DNA of 64,000 nt from a virus. The stretch is taken from the IMG/VR virus record IMGVR_UViG_3300017706_000970, positions 1-64,000 of that record. One strand, written 5' to 3'. Positions 13,745 through 23,297 of this stretch are shown one piece after another. The first letter of the stretch is position 1; the number at the start of each line of letters is the position of its first letter. A program made the translations under genes and the position numbers. The notes beneath the pieces were generated by a model. It had not been told where the DNA came from and ran no database searches. It saw only the letters and a list, made by a program, of their open reading frames with translations.

Positions 13745-14381
13745 AAAACAAAAAGACCCCATATCGATCCTCGAAAAATTCAAAGTTACCAAGAACCCTT
13801 CACCCGCCAATGCCAAAAAAATGTATACGGAGGCAAGGCAGGAATTGGGAACTGCTCTATACACTCCAGATGTATTTGAATCATATTCCAATCGAATCTA
13901 CGGTAAGACTGAATTCAAACCCGTACTCAAAGAAGTCGGAAAGATGATTACCTTTCGTTACTTTCCCCAGACATATAAGACACTCCCATACTTTGATGCA
14001 CAACCGTTGATTCTCATTGTAGAGGTTCCAGATAAGGACACAGTGATTGGTGTCAACCTTCACTACTATTCCATACAGGATAGAATGAGAACTTTCTACT
14101 CAATGTGGCCGTTACTTACAGATAGAAATCTCGGAGAGCAAGCAAGATTTAGAATGTATTATAAAATAATATCAGAGAGTAAGAAATACATAAGAGGACT
14201 TGCCGGTTTAAAGGAATATAAAACAAATCGAATACGTTCGAGGGTATACGAAATAAACCCTAAATACTGGGAAACCGCTTTAGCTTTGCCTACAGAACAT
14301 TTCATAAAGAAGAAGTCGCACGTTATACAGACGGAAACCAGTAAGAAGATAAGAAAACTTCTAGGAGAATCAAACAGATGA
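13737..14381 (+). CDS. gp2: DNA end protector protein
   Basis: GKMITFRY..LPYFDAQPL..GVNLHY..LPTEHF. Confidence 0.85.
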   Translation: MAKKQKDPISILEKFKVTKNPSPANAKKMYTEARQELGTALYTPDVFESYSNRIYGKTEFKPVLKEVGKMITFRYFPQTYKTLPYFDAQPLILIVEVPDKDTVIGVNLHYYSIQDRMRTFYSMWPLLTDRNLGEQARFRMYYKIISESKKYIRGLAGLKEYKTNRIRSRVYEINPKYWETALALPTEHFIKKKSHVIQTETSKKIRKLLGESNR

Positions 14382-15124
14382 TTTCACCAAAAGTAGATTT
14401 AATCAAAAATACTATTGCAAGGGGACAGAACATTGTTCATCCCTATGATTTTGAAATCATCTTACCCACTGGACCAACCACTACAGTGTCCGCTCCCACT
14501 CGGACTGAATCAATTCGAGAAAGAGAAGGACTGGAAAAGAAATTTAGATTCAGTAAGCAGAACGTATTGGACATGAATGTGGCAGTGCGTTCCTTTACTT
14601 TACCTTCACGAACATCATCCAAACAGTCGGTATATTACGGTGGACCTCTCCGTCAGTTTCCTTACATTTCAACTTACGATGGTGAAATCAACATGACTCT
14701 GTTGATGAGAAGAAATGATCCACTACTATATGCTTTTCACGCATGGCAGTCGTTGGGGGTTTCACCAAGTTCAGGTACACTGACATATCAAGACGACTAC
14801 ACTACCGACATGACAATACTGATTCGATCAGTCACTAAACAGGGAGTAGGTCCGGTTCCTGCTTCTTCTCAATTAGGAACACCGGGAAGTCCAACCCTGC
14901 AATATAGTCTGTCTAATGTCTGGTGCGAGACCATCGGTCAAGTTCAAATGTCAAACGAATCTGCTAACGAAGCTCTGCTCTACAACATCATCTTATGTTA
15001 CAGAGATTTTACGACATCCACATTCGATGGTCCAGTTGAGCCAGGTGGAATGCCAATGGATGTAAGAAGTGATCTTAACGATGTCACACCAAGTAACAAT
15101 CCACAACAGATAGGTAACCAATGA
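14378..15124 (+). CDS. Baseplate-tail tube initiator (gp54/gp19-like)
   Basis: Tube-fold pattern TLPSRT..GPLRQFPY..FHAWQ..YQDDY; synteny with gp48. Confidence 0.7.
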   Translation: MISPKVDLIKNTIARGQNIVHPYDFEIILPTGPTTTVSAPTRTESIREREGLEKKFRFSKQNVLDMNVAVRSFTLPSRTSSKQSVYYGGPLRQFPYISTYDGEINMTLLMRRNDPLLYAFHAWQSLGVSPSSGTLTYQDDYTTDMTILIRSVTKQGVGPVPASSQLGTPGSPTLQYSLSNVWCETIGQVQMSNESANEALLYNIILCYRDFTTSTFDGPVEPGGMPMDVRSDLNDVTPSNNPQQIGNQ

Positions 15125-16101
15125 GCACAATAGTTTTTCCATCCACGATAACGAGAACATCGCCGGCTATGATACGCTTTCGATTTTTCGATAGTGCAAA
15201 ACCAAATCCAGACGAACCAACTGCAACTGTAGTTTTACCTTCGCCTCTTGGACTGAGTAACAACTATAATGTTTCGTTTGATGATCTCGAATCCGGTTTG
15301 TTTGAAAGGGCGTTGGAGACTTTTATTCGTACTACTTCCGATGTAGCTGGTGTAATTACATCAGAACAATCTGGTACTGATAAGGTTTTAAATTCAGTAG
15401 ACGCAATAACAGATGGTGCCGGAGAGTTAATTGGTTCTTTATTCGGGGGATCACAAATAGTACGAAGAGCCATTGGTGGAAACCTAAACAAAAGAAACGA
15501 ACTGGTAATCAACAAACCACAGAACAGAAGTTTTAGTATGCGGTTTCAGTTGGTTCCCACGAACAAAGAAGAAGCGAATTCAATTCAAGAGATTGTGAAC
15601 ACTTTTAAAATTGCAATGCACCCACCGACGAATCAGGAATTATCTAACACGAATGGTGCAGAAAACAGAATAAACAAAGCAGTATTCTTCCTGAACCCCG
15701 CAAGAGTAAAAGTAGATTTTCTCTTTAGAGATGCGGTAAAAGAAGGAGATAATTTTGACTTTAGTACGGACAATGTAAATCGAAGAATATTTTCTACTTC
15801 ATTTTGTTTCCTGAGTAACTTGGATGTAAACTACCACAACGCCGGCGCTCCCTCGTATTTCAGTGACGGTCAACCTGGCAATATGGCATTTTCAATTCAA
15901 ATGACAGAGGTACATCCAAATAGTAGAGAGATGATAAAGAGAATTGATCTAGGAACTAGAGATCCATTTGGTAATTTTACTGACACTGGTGATGCCACGA
16001 CTGATGCAGCTGCCAGACTCGAAGGCACACCCTCCGGGTCTTTAGTAAAAACTATTAATGAATACCTTAGTCAAAACCCCGAAGACGATAGGAGTAATTG
16101 A
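15121..16101 (+). CDS. gp48: Baseplate tail tube cap
   Basis: RSFSMRFQLVPTNKEEA..IVNTFK..FCFLSNLDVNY..MTEV. Confidence 0.85.
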   Translation: MSTIVFPSTITRTSPAMIRFRFFDSAKPNPDEPTATVVLPSPLGLSNNYNVSFDDLESGLFERALETFIRTTSDVAGVITSEQSGTDKVLNSVDAITDGAGELIGSLFGGSQIVRRAIGGNLNKRNELVINKPQNRSFSMRFQLVPTNKEEANSIQEIVNTFKIAMHPPTNQELSNTNGAENRINKAVFFLNPARVKVDFLFRDAVKEGDNFDFSTDNVNRRIFSTSFCFLSNLDVNYHNAGAPSYFSDGQPGNMAFSIQMTEVHPNSREMIKRIDLGTRDPFGNFTDTGDATTDAAARLEGTPSGSLVKTINEYLSQNPEDDRSN

Positions 16102-16940
16102 TGTCATTTTACTTTGAAAATTATCCAGTAATTGATTATGAATACTCTCCCGGTGTTTTAAAAAAATCGGTTGATATTCTACGAAGAACTGATATAACCA
16201 ATCAGCTCCTAAACACAAACGAATACAAAACTCGCATTCTTCGTGATGGAGAAACACCTCAGAGTGCCGCGATGAAATACTACAATGATGTCAGTCTATA
16301 CTGGTCCTTCTTTATCACAAACCGACTAATCAATCCGTTCTACGATTGGCCTGCCAGTTACGAAAAGTTAAACAAACGAATAGACTCCAAGTATGCAGGT
16401 GTTTCACTTTACGTTACCGAAAACTCAAACGGTCTCACTATGGATACACAGTCTACAACGAGTTCGTATTCTATCGGTGATACGGTAAACGTCAGTACCG
16501 GAAGTGACAAGGTTGTAGCTACTCTGGTAGATTATGATAGAACAACAGGACACATGCGACTAAGTGGTGCTGAAGATCTAGTCGGAGAAACTGTTTCCGG
16601 TTGGACGATCACGGATACAACTGGTTCAAAGAAAATGTATGTTGGTCGAAAGATAGACCAGTCTAGATTATCACTTCACCACTTCAGAGACATTGCGTTA
16701 TCTTCTGAAACAAATTCAATTGATGTATATCGGTCACCTCTTACTTTGATCGGTTCCGCTCGATATATCGATGTATACTTAAGTGGTTCGGTTACTGCAA
16801 TTACAAATGACGGTGCAAGCACAATTACAAATGAAAAATTTGAAACAGAGATAAACGACCGAAACCGAAATATAAGAGTTTACAGTGTTGCTATCATAAA
16901 AACGATACAAGATAAACTTAAAGAGGTTATTAATCTATAA
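16101..16940 (+). CDS. gp53: Baseplate wedge subunit
   Basis: YFENYPVIDY..DGETPQSAAMKYY..YW..N..INPFYDWP. Confidence 0.9.
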   Translation: MSFYFENYPVIDYEYSPGVLKKSVDILRRTDITNQLLNTNEYKTRILRDGETPQSAAMKYYNDVSLYWSFFITNRLINPFYDWPASYEKLNKRIDSKYAGVSLYVTENSNGLTMDTQSTTSSYSIGDTVNVSTGSDKVVATLVDYDRTTGHMRLSGAEDLVGETVSGWTITDTTGSKKMYVGRKIDQSRLSLHHFRDIALSSETNSIDVYRSPLTLIGSARYIDVYLSGSVTAITNDGASTITNEKFETEINDRNRNIRVYSVAIIKTIQDKLKEVINL

Positions 16941-18379
16941 TGGCAAGAGTATCTGATAACCTTCGAAAAACAATAATGACAGTTCCCATCGGCAAATTCG
17001 AGGGTGCAGCTATAACTATAGTTTCTGCGGAAGACAATGAAGCTATCGTCGAGACCGGCGGAAATGTAGAACCTAGAATTGTAAGTATTACTTTAAATGA
17101 AAGTATCTTTCAGCCATTCATCGTTGGTACAGTCATTCTTGATATCCCGAATGGTTACCTAGAAGAAAATAAAACCAGAATCACATCACAGGATATTCTG
17201 TTGATGGACATTGCTACTTTTGTTTCTTTAGAAAAAACCTATGCAATTCCCGGTAAAAAAATGCAAGAGAGTTTTATCATATACAATACATCCAAATCAT
17301 CCAGTAGTGAAAAGACTACGAGGTATAGACTTGATATTGTTACTCCCGAAGGATTTAAGGACTCAACCACCCGAGTAGTAAAGTCATTCAGTAAAAAGAA
17401 AAGATCAAATATTGTATCAAGTATTTACACTGACTATATTCTTGAGGAAAAGAGACTGGATGCAGGATCGGGTAATCTCAGTTTTGTAACTGAAACACTT
17501 GGGTCTGATTTTTCATGTGTCTTGCCAAACTGGAGTCCATCGAAGTGCATATCGTGGTTAACGAATGGATCAATTGATTCAAAGAACGAAGACTGTGCGA
17601 ACTTCTTTTTCTTTCAGAGATTTAACGACAGGGGTAGAGTGGAATCCGTTTTCACTTCCTTTACCGACATGATAAAAGAACCAGTCGTTGGTACAGATGA
17701 CGATAAGACATCTGGTTACATTGTTGACATACTGTATGATGCAGAAGATCCAATAGAAGCACACATACGGGAAAGACGAACGGTGAAGGGAACGACGGTT
17801 GTTCCAGATATGAACAGCACCAAATATAATGCGTTTGGTACTTGGGGAGGCACGTTATACTTTTACGATCAGACTCGTAAAAAGTATTTTGAAAAGGTAT
17901 ACAATTACAAAGACGATGCACCCGAACCATTCGTGGATTCGAACACCAAAAAGTTTATAGAAGACGACAACGAGATAATCACGAATAGATTGGGTTCACC
18001 TGATTCGTTTAAGGCGTTCATACCAAAACAAAAATACTTGTTCAGTGACGATGAGAAAAACAAAGGTGTTGATAAGAAGGAAGATTGGTTGGATTTAGTT
18101 TATACTCAGCGAAACCTGAACATTTACTTTCCACTTGAAATAAATATTGTAGGTGATACTAACCGCAGAGTGGGAGAATGTGTGATGTTCTCAGATATGC
18201 AGGTGAGAAATTTAACCAAAGACCAAAGTTCTTACACTTCACATGACGAAGAGGGAAGGTCTCTGGGTGGCAAGTATTTAATTTCTGATGTAGAACACAG
18301 ATTCATTTTTGAATCTACTTCAGTCAATCAGGAATACACAACCAAACTTACGTTGATGCGAGATGGAGCTCCTAAATAA
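16940..18379 (+). CDS. Baseplate hub protein (gp27-like)
   Basis: ESIFQPFIVG, PNWSP, FFFFQ, GKYLISDVEHRF..LMRD; lies between gp53 and gp5. Confidence 0.75.
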   Translation: MARVSDNLRKTIMTVPIGKFEGAAITIVSAEDNEAIVETGGNVEPRIVSITLNESIFQPFIVGTVILDIPNGYLEENKTRITSQDILLMDIATFVSLEKTYAIPGKKMQESFIIYNTSKSSSSEKTTRYRLDIVTPEGFKDSTTRVVKSFSKKKRSNIVSSIYTDYILEEKRLDAGSGNLSFVTETLGSDFSCVLPNWSPSKCISWLTNGSIDSKNEDCANFFFFQRFNDRGRVESVFTSFTDMIKEPVVGTDDDKTSGYIVDILYDAEDPIEAHIRERRTVKGTTVVPDMNSTKYNAFGTWGGTLYFYDQTRKKYFEKVYNYKDDAPEPFVDSNTKKFIEDDNEIITNRLGSPDSFKAFIPKQKYLFSDDEKNKGVDKKEDWLDLVYTQRNLNIYFPLEINIVGDTNRRVGECVMFSDMQVRNLTKDQSSYTSHDEEGRSLGGKYLISDVEHRFIFESTSVNQEYTTKLTLMRDGAPK

Positions 18380-20028
18380 TGCACGAACTTTTTAAGTCAA
18401 ATTCTTTTATATGGTGGCAAGGTGTTGTGGAAGATAGAAAAGATCCACAACGACTTGGTAGGTGTAGGGTTCGAGTTTTCGGTTATCATGACAAAGATAA
18501 AAATCTTATTCCCACTGCTCAGTTGCCTTGGGCCTCTCCAGTAACGCCTGTAAATTCTGCTTCGACTAGTGGTATCGGCGAAACACCAGTCGGACCAGTT
18601 CCCGGTACTCACGTTTTCGGATTCTTCCGCGACGGAGAAAACGCACAGATGCCAGTCATAATGGGAACCGTTCCCGGTATTCCAGAAGATGCACCAGATG
18701 TCAGTGATCCGTCTAAAGCCGGTTACCAAGATCCGAATGAAAAATATCCACTGGACTCAGAAGAGCATGGATTAAACGAATCTGATGTTACTCGACTTGC
18801 TCGTCACCGATGGGAAGATGAAGACGGTACAGAACAAACAGAAGAAGAACTACCGGCCGTAGTCAAAAACAAAATTGATAATAGAGTGAAGAATGTTCCT
18901 GTTGCAAACGGTCATGGTTCATACAGTGAACCTCCCACTCCTTTTGATGCAAAGTATCCATATAACCATGTCATCACAAGCGAGTCTGGTCATATCATCG
19001 AACGAGATGATACACCCGGCAAAGAACGTACACACGAATACCATAGGTCCGGAACATTCACAGAAGTCCATCCGTTCGGAACAAAGGTTGCCAAGATTGT
19101 TAGAGACAACTATGAATTTGTATTGGGTGATAACTATATCAACATCAAGAAACTAATTCCAAGTGACGAAGGTTCACTTGGTGGTAATTTGTTCTTGAAT
19201 ATTGAAGGTGATGTATATGAATTTATTCAAGGTAATGTTGAAAGACAAATAAACGGAAGTGTAAGGGAATCCATTCGAGGAAACTATGATACGTTCGTCA
19301 ACGGAGACAGAACAATAGGTGTTTCTGGTTCTTATGCTGAATCGATTAACGGTGATATGACCGTCGAGTGTTTCAATGAACTTTTCCACACTAGAGGAAA
19401 GAGTAAAAGATATTCCGAAGATGAAGTATCAATCGACAGTACCAAGAACATACAGATAATGACTATCGGTGGCAACATTGGACTTCACTCTGTCCCACAT
19501 CCAATCAGCAGTGCCTTTCCCGGTGTTAAGAGTGGTAACATATTCATTAATGCGGGAAGTTCAATCTCGGCTACATCTCTCCAGAATTTAAATATCATAT
19601 CGACAAATGGTAGTGTGGCTCTAAATGCTCAAGAGGGTGGTTTGAGTCTTTTGGCAAATCGTTCCATGTTGATGAAAACATCAGCAGGTGAAATGGTGGT
19701 AAATGCTGCAACTACACTTGATGTAATTTCTGGGATGAACCAAACATATCAAACATCTGCATTATGCACTCAGAGATTTGGAAATCTAGACACATTAGTG
19801 GACAGTGTGCATTTTCACAAAACACCAAATTACGCCAGAGGAACTGATTTTGAAGTAGTAAGTACATCAATTAGAAAGGTATCTGGAGATGATTTATCAG
19901 AAGTGTTTAGTTCTACTATAAAATTCAAATCGAATGGTACACTCTTTACGGGTTCTAATGGTGACATGCAAATAAACTCATCTGCAAACATCAATATAAC
20001 TACCGGCGGATTGTTAAACCTCAACTGA
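18379..20028 (+). CDS. gp5: Baseplate hub spike (OB fold plus beta-helix, no lysozyme domain evident)
   Basis: WWQGVVEDRKDP..GRCRVR..LPWA..GFFRDG; YPYNHV..ESGH..DDTPG; beta-helix repeats. Confidence 0.93.
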   Translation: MHELFKSNSFIWWQGVVEDRKDPQRLGRCRVRVFGYHDKDKNLIPTAQLPWASPVTPVNSASTSGIGETPVGPVPGTHVFGFFRDGENAQMPVIMGTVPGIPEDAPDVSDPSKAGYQDPNEKYPLDSEEHGLNESDVTRLARHRWEDEDGTEQTEEELPAVVKNKIDNRVKNVPVANGHGSYSEPPTPFDAKYPYNHVITSESGHIIERDDTPGKERTHEYHRSGTFTEVHPFGTKVAKIVRDNYEFVLGDNYINIKKLIPSDEGSLGGNLFLNIEGDVYEFIQGNVERQINGSVRESIRGNYDTFVNGDRTIGVSGSYAESINGDMTVECFNELFHTRGKSKRYSEDEVSIDSTKNIQIMTIGGNIGLHSVPHPISSAFPGVKSGNIFINAGSSISATSLQNLNIISTNGSVALNAQEGGLSLLANRSMLMKTSAGEMVVNAATTLDVISGMNQTYQTSALCTQRFGNLDTLVDSVHFHKTPNYARGTDFEVVSTSIRKVSGDDLSEVFSSTIKFKSNGTLFTGSNGDMQINSSANINITTGGLLNLN

Positions 20029-20040
20029 TAAGGAAATTAC

Positions 20041-21030
20041 ATGACTTGCGAAGATTGCGAAAACAAATTCCCCGATAGAACAGTAGATCAGAACTGTTCC
20101 GATGGTACTGGTTTACTAGGTAACGAAGAATCTGCGGTTGGTCCTACCACTGTTGGTTTGGATGCCATATCATATGTCTCGAATGCTGTTCGTAATATAG
20201 GTAAGCGTTTTGGAAAAGTTCAACCGGGAATTTATCTTACAGACGAACAAGCAGATGGTTTAAATTCAGAAATTGGTGTTATCTTTGATGATCTAGAAAG
20301 TAATTTAGAAAACATTGTAAATGAAATTACACAAAGATCAGAAGAGATAAACCAACGAGTCCAAAATAAATCAGATGATTGTGAAAATATATTTGATGGT
20401 TTTGAAATAAAAATTCCATTTGGTATGGATTGGGTGAATCCCCTTTCATTCTCAACATTGCTCAAGGTAGGAAATTGTAGATTAAATTTAGGATGTCAGT
20501 TCTGTGATTTTCCGGGAGACATTAACATTCCACCATTCCCCGGAATTCCATCTTGTAATTTCATCGAGGAATTTGATGACATCTGTGGTGTGGAGTTTTT
20601 GAATCCCTTTGCTACTGTTCAGAATGTTGTAAATGGATTTCAACTATTCGCAACTCAAGTCGGACAGTTTGCATATGCATTCTTTGACCTTGTAAATCTA
20701 GCAACTGGATTCTTGGGTAGATGTATCATGAGAATCTTGAACTGCCTTTCTAAGTTCTTTGCCGATCTGAATTTTGATTTGGGTCTAAACAATATTGGTT
20801 CAAAAACCAGAGAAACAATTGCAGCTACCAGTGCGGTTCTGATTGGTGCATTTGCAAAACTGAATACTATATTCATAACCATACAAGAAATTATCAAGGG
20901 TGCTGTGTTTGAGTTATTCCGATTCATTCAGGATGTTCTCAGTCTTTGCGATCCATGCAAACTCACACAAGCTATCACTAATCCTGCAACCATACCAGAA
21001 ATTCCAAGCTTTGGTGGTCTTCTAGACTGA
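20041..21030 (+). CDS. Cys-containing hypothetical protein (gp5-associated)
   Basis: 329 aa, 13 Cys, amphipathic helical C-half; SD AAGGA. Confidence 0.7.
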   Translation: MTCEDCENKFPDRTVDQNCSDGTGLLGNEESAVGPTTVGLDAISYVSNAVRNIGKRFGKVQPGIYLTDEQADGLNSEIGVIFDDLESNLENIVNEITQRSEEINQRVQNKSDDCENIFDGFEIKIPFGMDWVNPLSFSTLLKVGNCRLNLGCQFCDFPGDINIPPFPGIPSCNFIEEFDDICGVEFLNPFATVQNVVNGFQLFATQVGQFAYAFFDLVNLATGFLGRCIMRILNCLSKFFADLNFDLGLNNIGSKTRETIAATSAVLIGAFAKLNTIFITIQEIIKGAVFELFRFIQDVLSLCDPCKLTQAITNPATIPEIPSFGGLLD

Positions 21031-21049
21031 TACATAGTAGGGAGAAAAT

Positions 21050-21436
21050 ATGCCTTTAAGAACAGTAGATTTAGATTTAAACTTTTCGAAGAATCCGATT
21101 ACATCGGACGTTTCGTTATTGGTTGATAATAATGCCATAAAGAGAAGTCTTAAGAACCTAGTGTTTTTCAACCTACTAGAAAAACCGTTCAATCCTCAAA
21201 TAGATGCGGGACTTCGATCTTTACTTTTCGAGTTGAACGATCCTTTTATTCAACTAGATATAGAGGAACGATTAAGAACACTGATTGAAAAGTATGAACC
21301 CAGAGTCACTTTAAATAGACTCAAGTTTGACGAAAACAGATTCGATAAGAACTCGTTGGATCTAACGATTTATTTTTCCGTTTCCGGTCAAGATAACATA
21401 GACGGTACAACTGTCACAATCAAGAGAGTACGATAA
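21050..21436 (+). CDS. gp25: Baseplate wedge subunit
   Basis: DLDLNF..AIKRSLKNLV..EKPFNP..LLFE..YEPRV. Confidence 0.93.
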   Translation: MPLRTVDLDLNFSKNPITSDVSLLVDNNAIKRSLKNLVFFNLLEKPFNPQIDAGLRSLLFELNDPFIQLDIEERLRTLIEKYEPRVTLNRLKFDENRFDKNSLDLTIYFSVSGQDNIDGTTVTIKRVR

Positions 21437-23289
21437 TGGCTTCTAAAAATACATCACTACCAATCGACAGCCTTGACTTCAATGATATCAAGGACAACCT
21501 AAAAACATATCTGTCTTCGCAGTCAGTGTTTTCTGGTTATAACTTTGAGGGTTCGGGTCTCAATGTTCTTCTTGACATTCTTGCATACAACACTCACTAC
21601 CAAGCATTCTATAACAACATGGCAATATCAGAGTCGTTCATCGATAGTGCAATCAAACCAGACTCAATCAACTCGTTACTCAAACTTTTAAACTACACAC
21701 CGCAGTCTAGAACTTCCGCGAAGGCTACAGTTAAGGTTATCTTCAGACCAACTTCAGCCGGAACTATTCCGTATGGTGATGGAATCCTACCAGACAAGTC
21801 TACATTTTCTGCAACAGTCGGTGATAATAACTTTACGTTTAAGAATCCAGATGCAGCAGAATTTAAGGCATGTGCTTACAATGATAACGGGGATCCAACC
21901 GAATGGATTACAGGCGAAGTAGATATTTACGAAGGTACATTCTTTACATACGATCTGGTTTACGATTCATTAAATGAAAGTGGATATGTGATTCCAGAAT
22001 TGAGTGTTGACAATCGATTCCTCAAAGTGTTTATTAAGGATTCTCAAACAGTAGACAGTACAACAAGCAACGAGTGGTTTAAGTCTGACACTATCTTAAA
22101 TGTTAGCGATACCACAGAAACATATTTTCTGCAAATTGGATTGAACCGATATTATGAAATAGAATTCGGTGACAATGTAATTGGAAAAAGACCAGATGAT
22201 GGAAACATAATTTCTATTGAATACCTTAGATCAAAGGGACAAAACGCAAACGGTATTGGTGGCGGAGACGCGGTAGGATCAAGAGTATTTTCTCATACAG
22301 GTGACGATGGAACATTCGAGGTTGTAGTGTCAACTGTAGCTACGGGTGGTGGTGAAAGAGAACAGTCTTCTTTCTCTAAGAAGATTGGTCCGAGATCCTT
22401 TCAATCACAGAACAGATTGGTAACCTCTGAAGATTACAGAACAGAAATTCTCAAACGATTTCAACAACTAAAATCAGTTTTAGTTTACGGTGGTGAAGAT
22501 GCAGATCCACCACAGTATGGAAAAGTCTTCGTTGTAGGTAATACGAAGAACTCCGTGGGACTTTCTGATGTGGAAAAGAATGATATCATCACAAACATTA
22601 TCAAAACAAAAAATATAGTGGGGATTATTCCTGAGTTTGTTGATGCCGATTATAGTTATGTAAGACCTAATATTGATGTATTGATCAATAACGCATTCAC
22701 ACAACTTTCTTCACTTGCCGTGAAATCATTAGTCAGACAATCAGTACAAGATTATACAGATAATCAGTTGGAAGACTTTGGTGAAAATTTCCGAGGTTCT
22801 ACTATAATTAAAAATATTATTGCCGTCAATCCGTCTATAGTTTCTGTCAATTTAACAATTGATATAGAAAAGAGAATCGATCCTACAGATTTCTTCGGCA
22901 CACCGAAAGATTATACCGTGACATTCCCCGGTGGTGTTTTACAAGTAACAGGAAAATCTAGTATTGAAAGTAATGTTTTTGTGGTGAATGGTGTTAACTC
23001 ATACATTCAAGACGACACAAAAGGCACACTTCAACTTTATACGTTAGATGTTTCTGGTAAGAGAATAATTTCCAATTCAAATATCGGCACTATAAATTAC
23101 ACAACTGGTAAAGTAGATATTAAACAACTAAACGTACAGAGTATTCCAAACGATTCTTTCATTCGATTATATGCTTCGTCCAAGAACACCGATGTTGAAG
23201 TAAACAGAAATCAAATTCTTGTTATTGACGAAACCGATACAACTTCAGTTACCATAAACATGGGTCTATCAAACGACACTCCTGCTTGA
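21436..23289 (+). CDS. gp6: Baseplate wedge subunit
   Basis: LDFNDIKDNL..YNFEGSGL..LAYNTHY..FGDNVIG..QNRLVT..GGEDADPPQYGKVF. Confidence 0.95.
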   Translation: MASKNTSLPIDSLDFNDIKDNLKTYLSSQSVFSGYNFEGSGLNVLLDILAYNTHYQAFYNNMAISESFIDSAIKPDSINSLLKLLNYTPQSRTSAKATVKVIFRPTSAGTIPYGDGILPDKSTFSATVGDNNFTFKNPDAAEFKACAYNDNGDPTEWITGEVDIYEGTFFTYDLVYDSLNESGYVIPELSVDNRFLKVFIKDSQTVDSTTSNEWFKSDTILNVSDTTETYFLQIGLNRYYEIEFGDNVIGKRPDDGNIISIEYLRSKGQNANGIGGGDAVGSRVFSHTGDDGTFEVVVSTVATGGGEREQSSFSKKIGPRSFQSQNRLVTSEDYRTEILKRFQQLKSVLVYGGEDADPPQYGKVFVVGNTKNSVGLSDVEKNDIITNIIKTKNIVGIIPEFVDADYSYVRPNIDVLINNAFTQLSSLAVKSLVRQSVQDYTDNQLEDFGENFRGSTIIKNIIAVNPSIVSVNLTIDIEKRIDPTDFFGTPKDYTVTFPGGVLQVTGKSSIESNVFVVNGVNSYIQDDTKGTLQLYTLDVSGKRIISNSNIGTINYTTGKVDIKQLNVQSIPNDSFIRLYASSKNTDVEVNRNQILVIDETDTTSVTINMGLSNDTPA

Positions 23290-23297
23290 GAAAATAA

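Noticed and set aside
18379-20028. Absence of a lysozyme domain in gp5 as a novelty
   Set aside because: Common among marine T4-like phages; used only as context.
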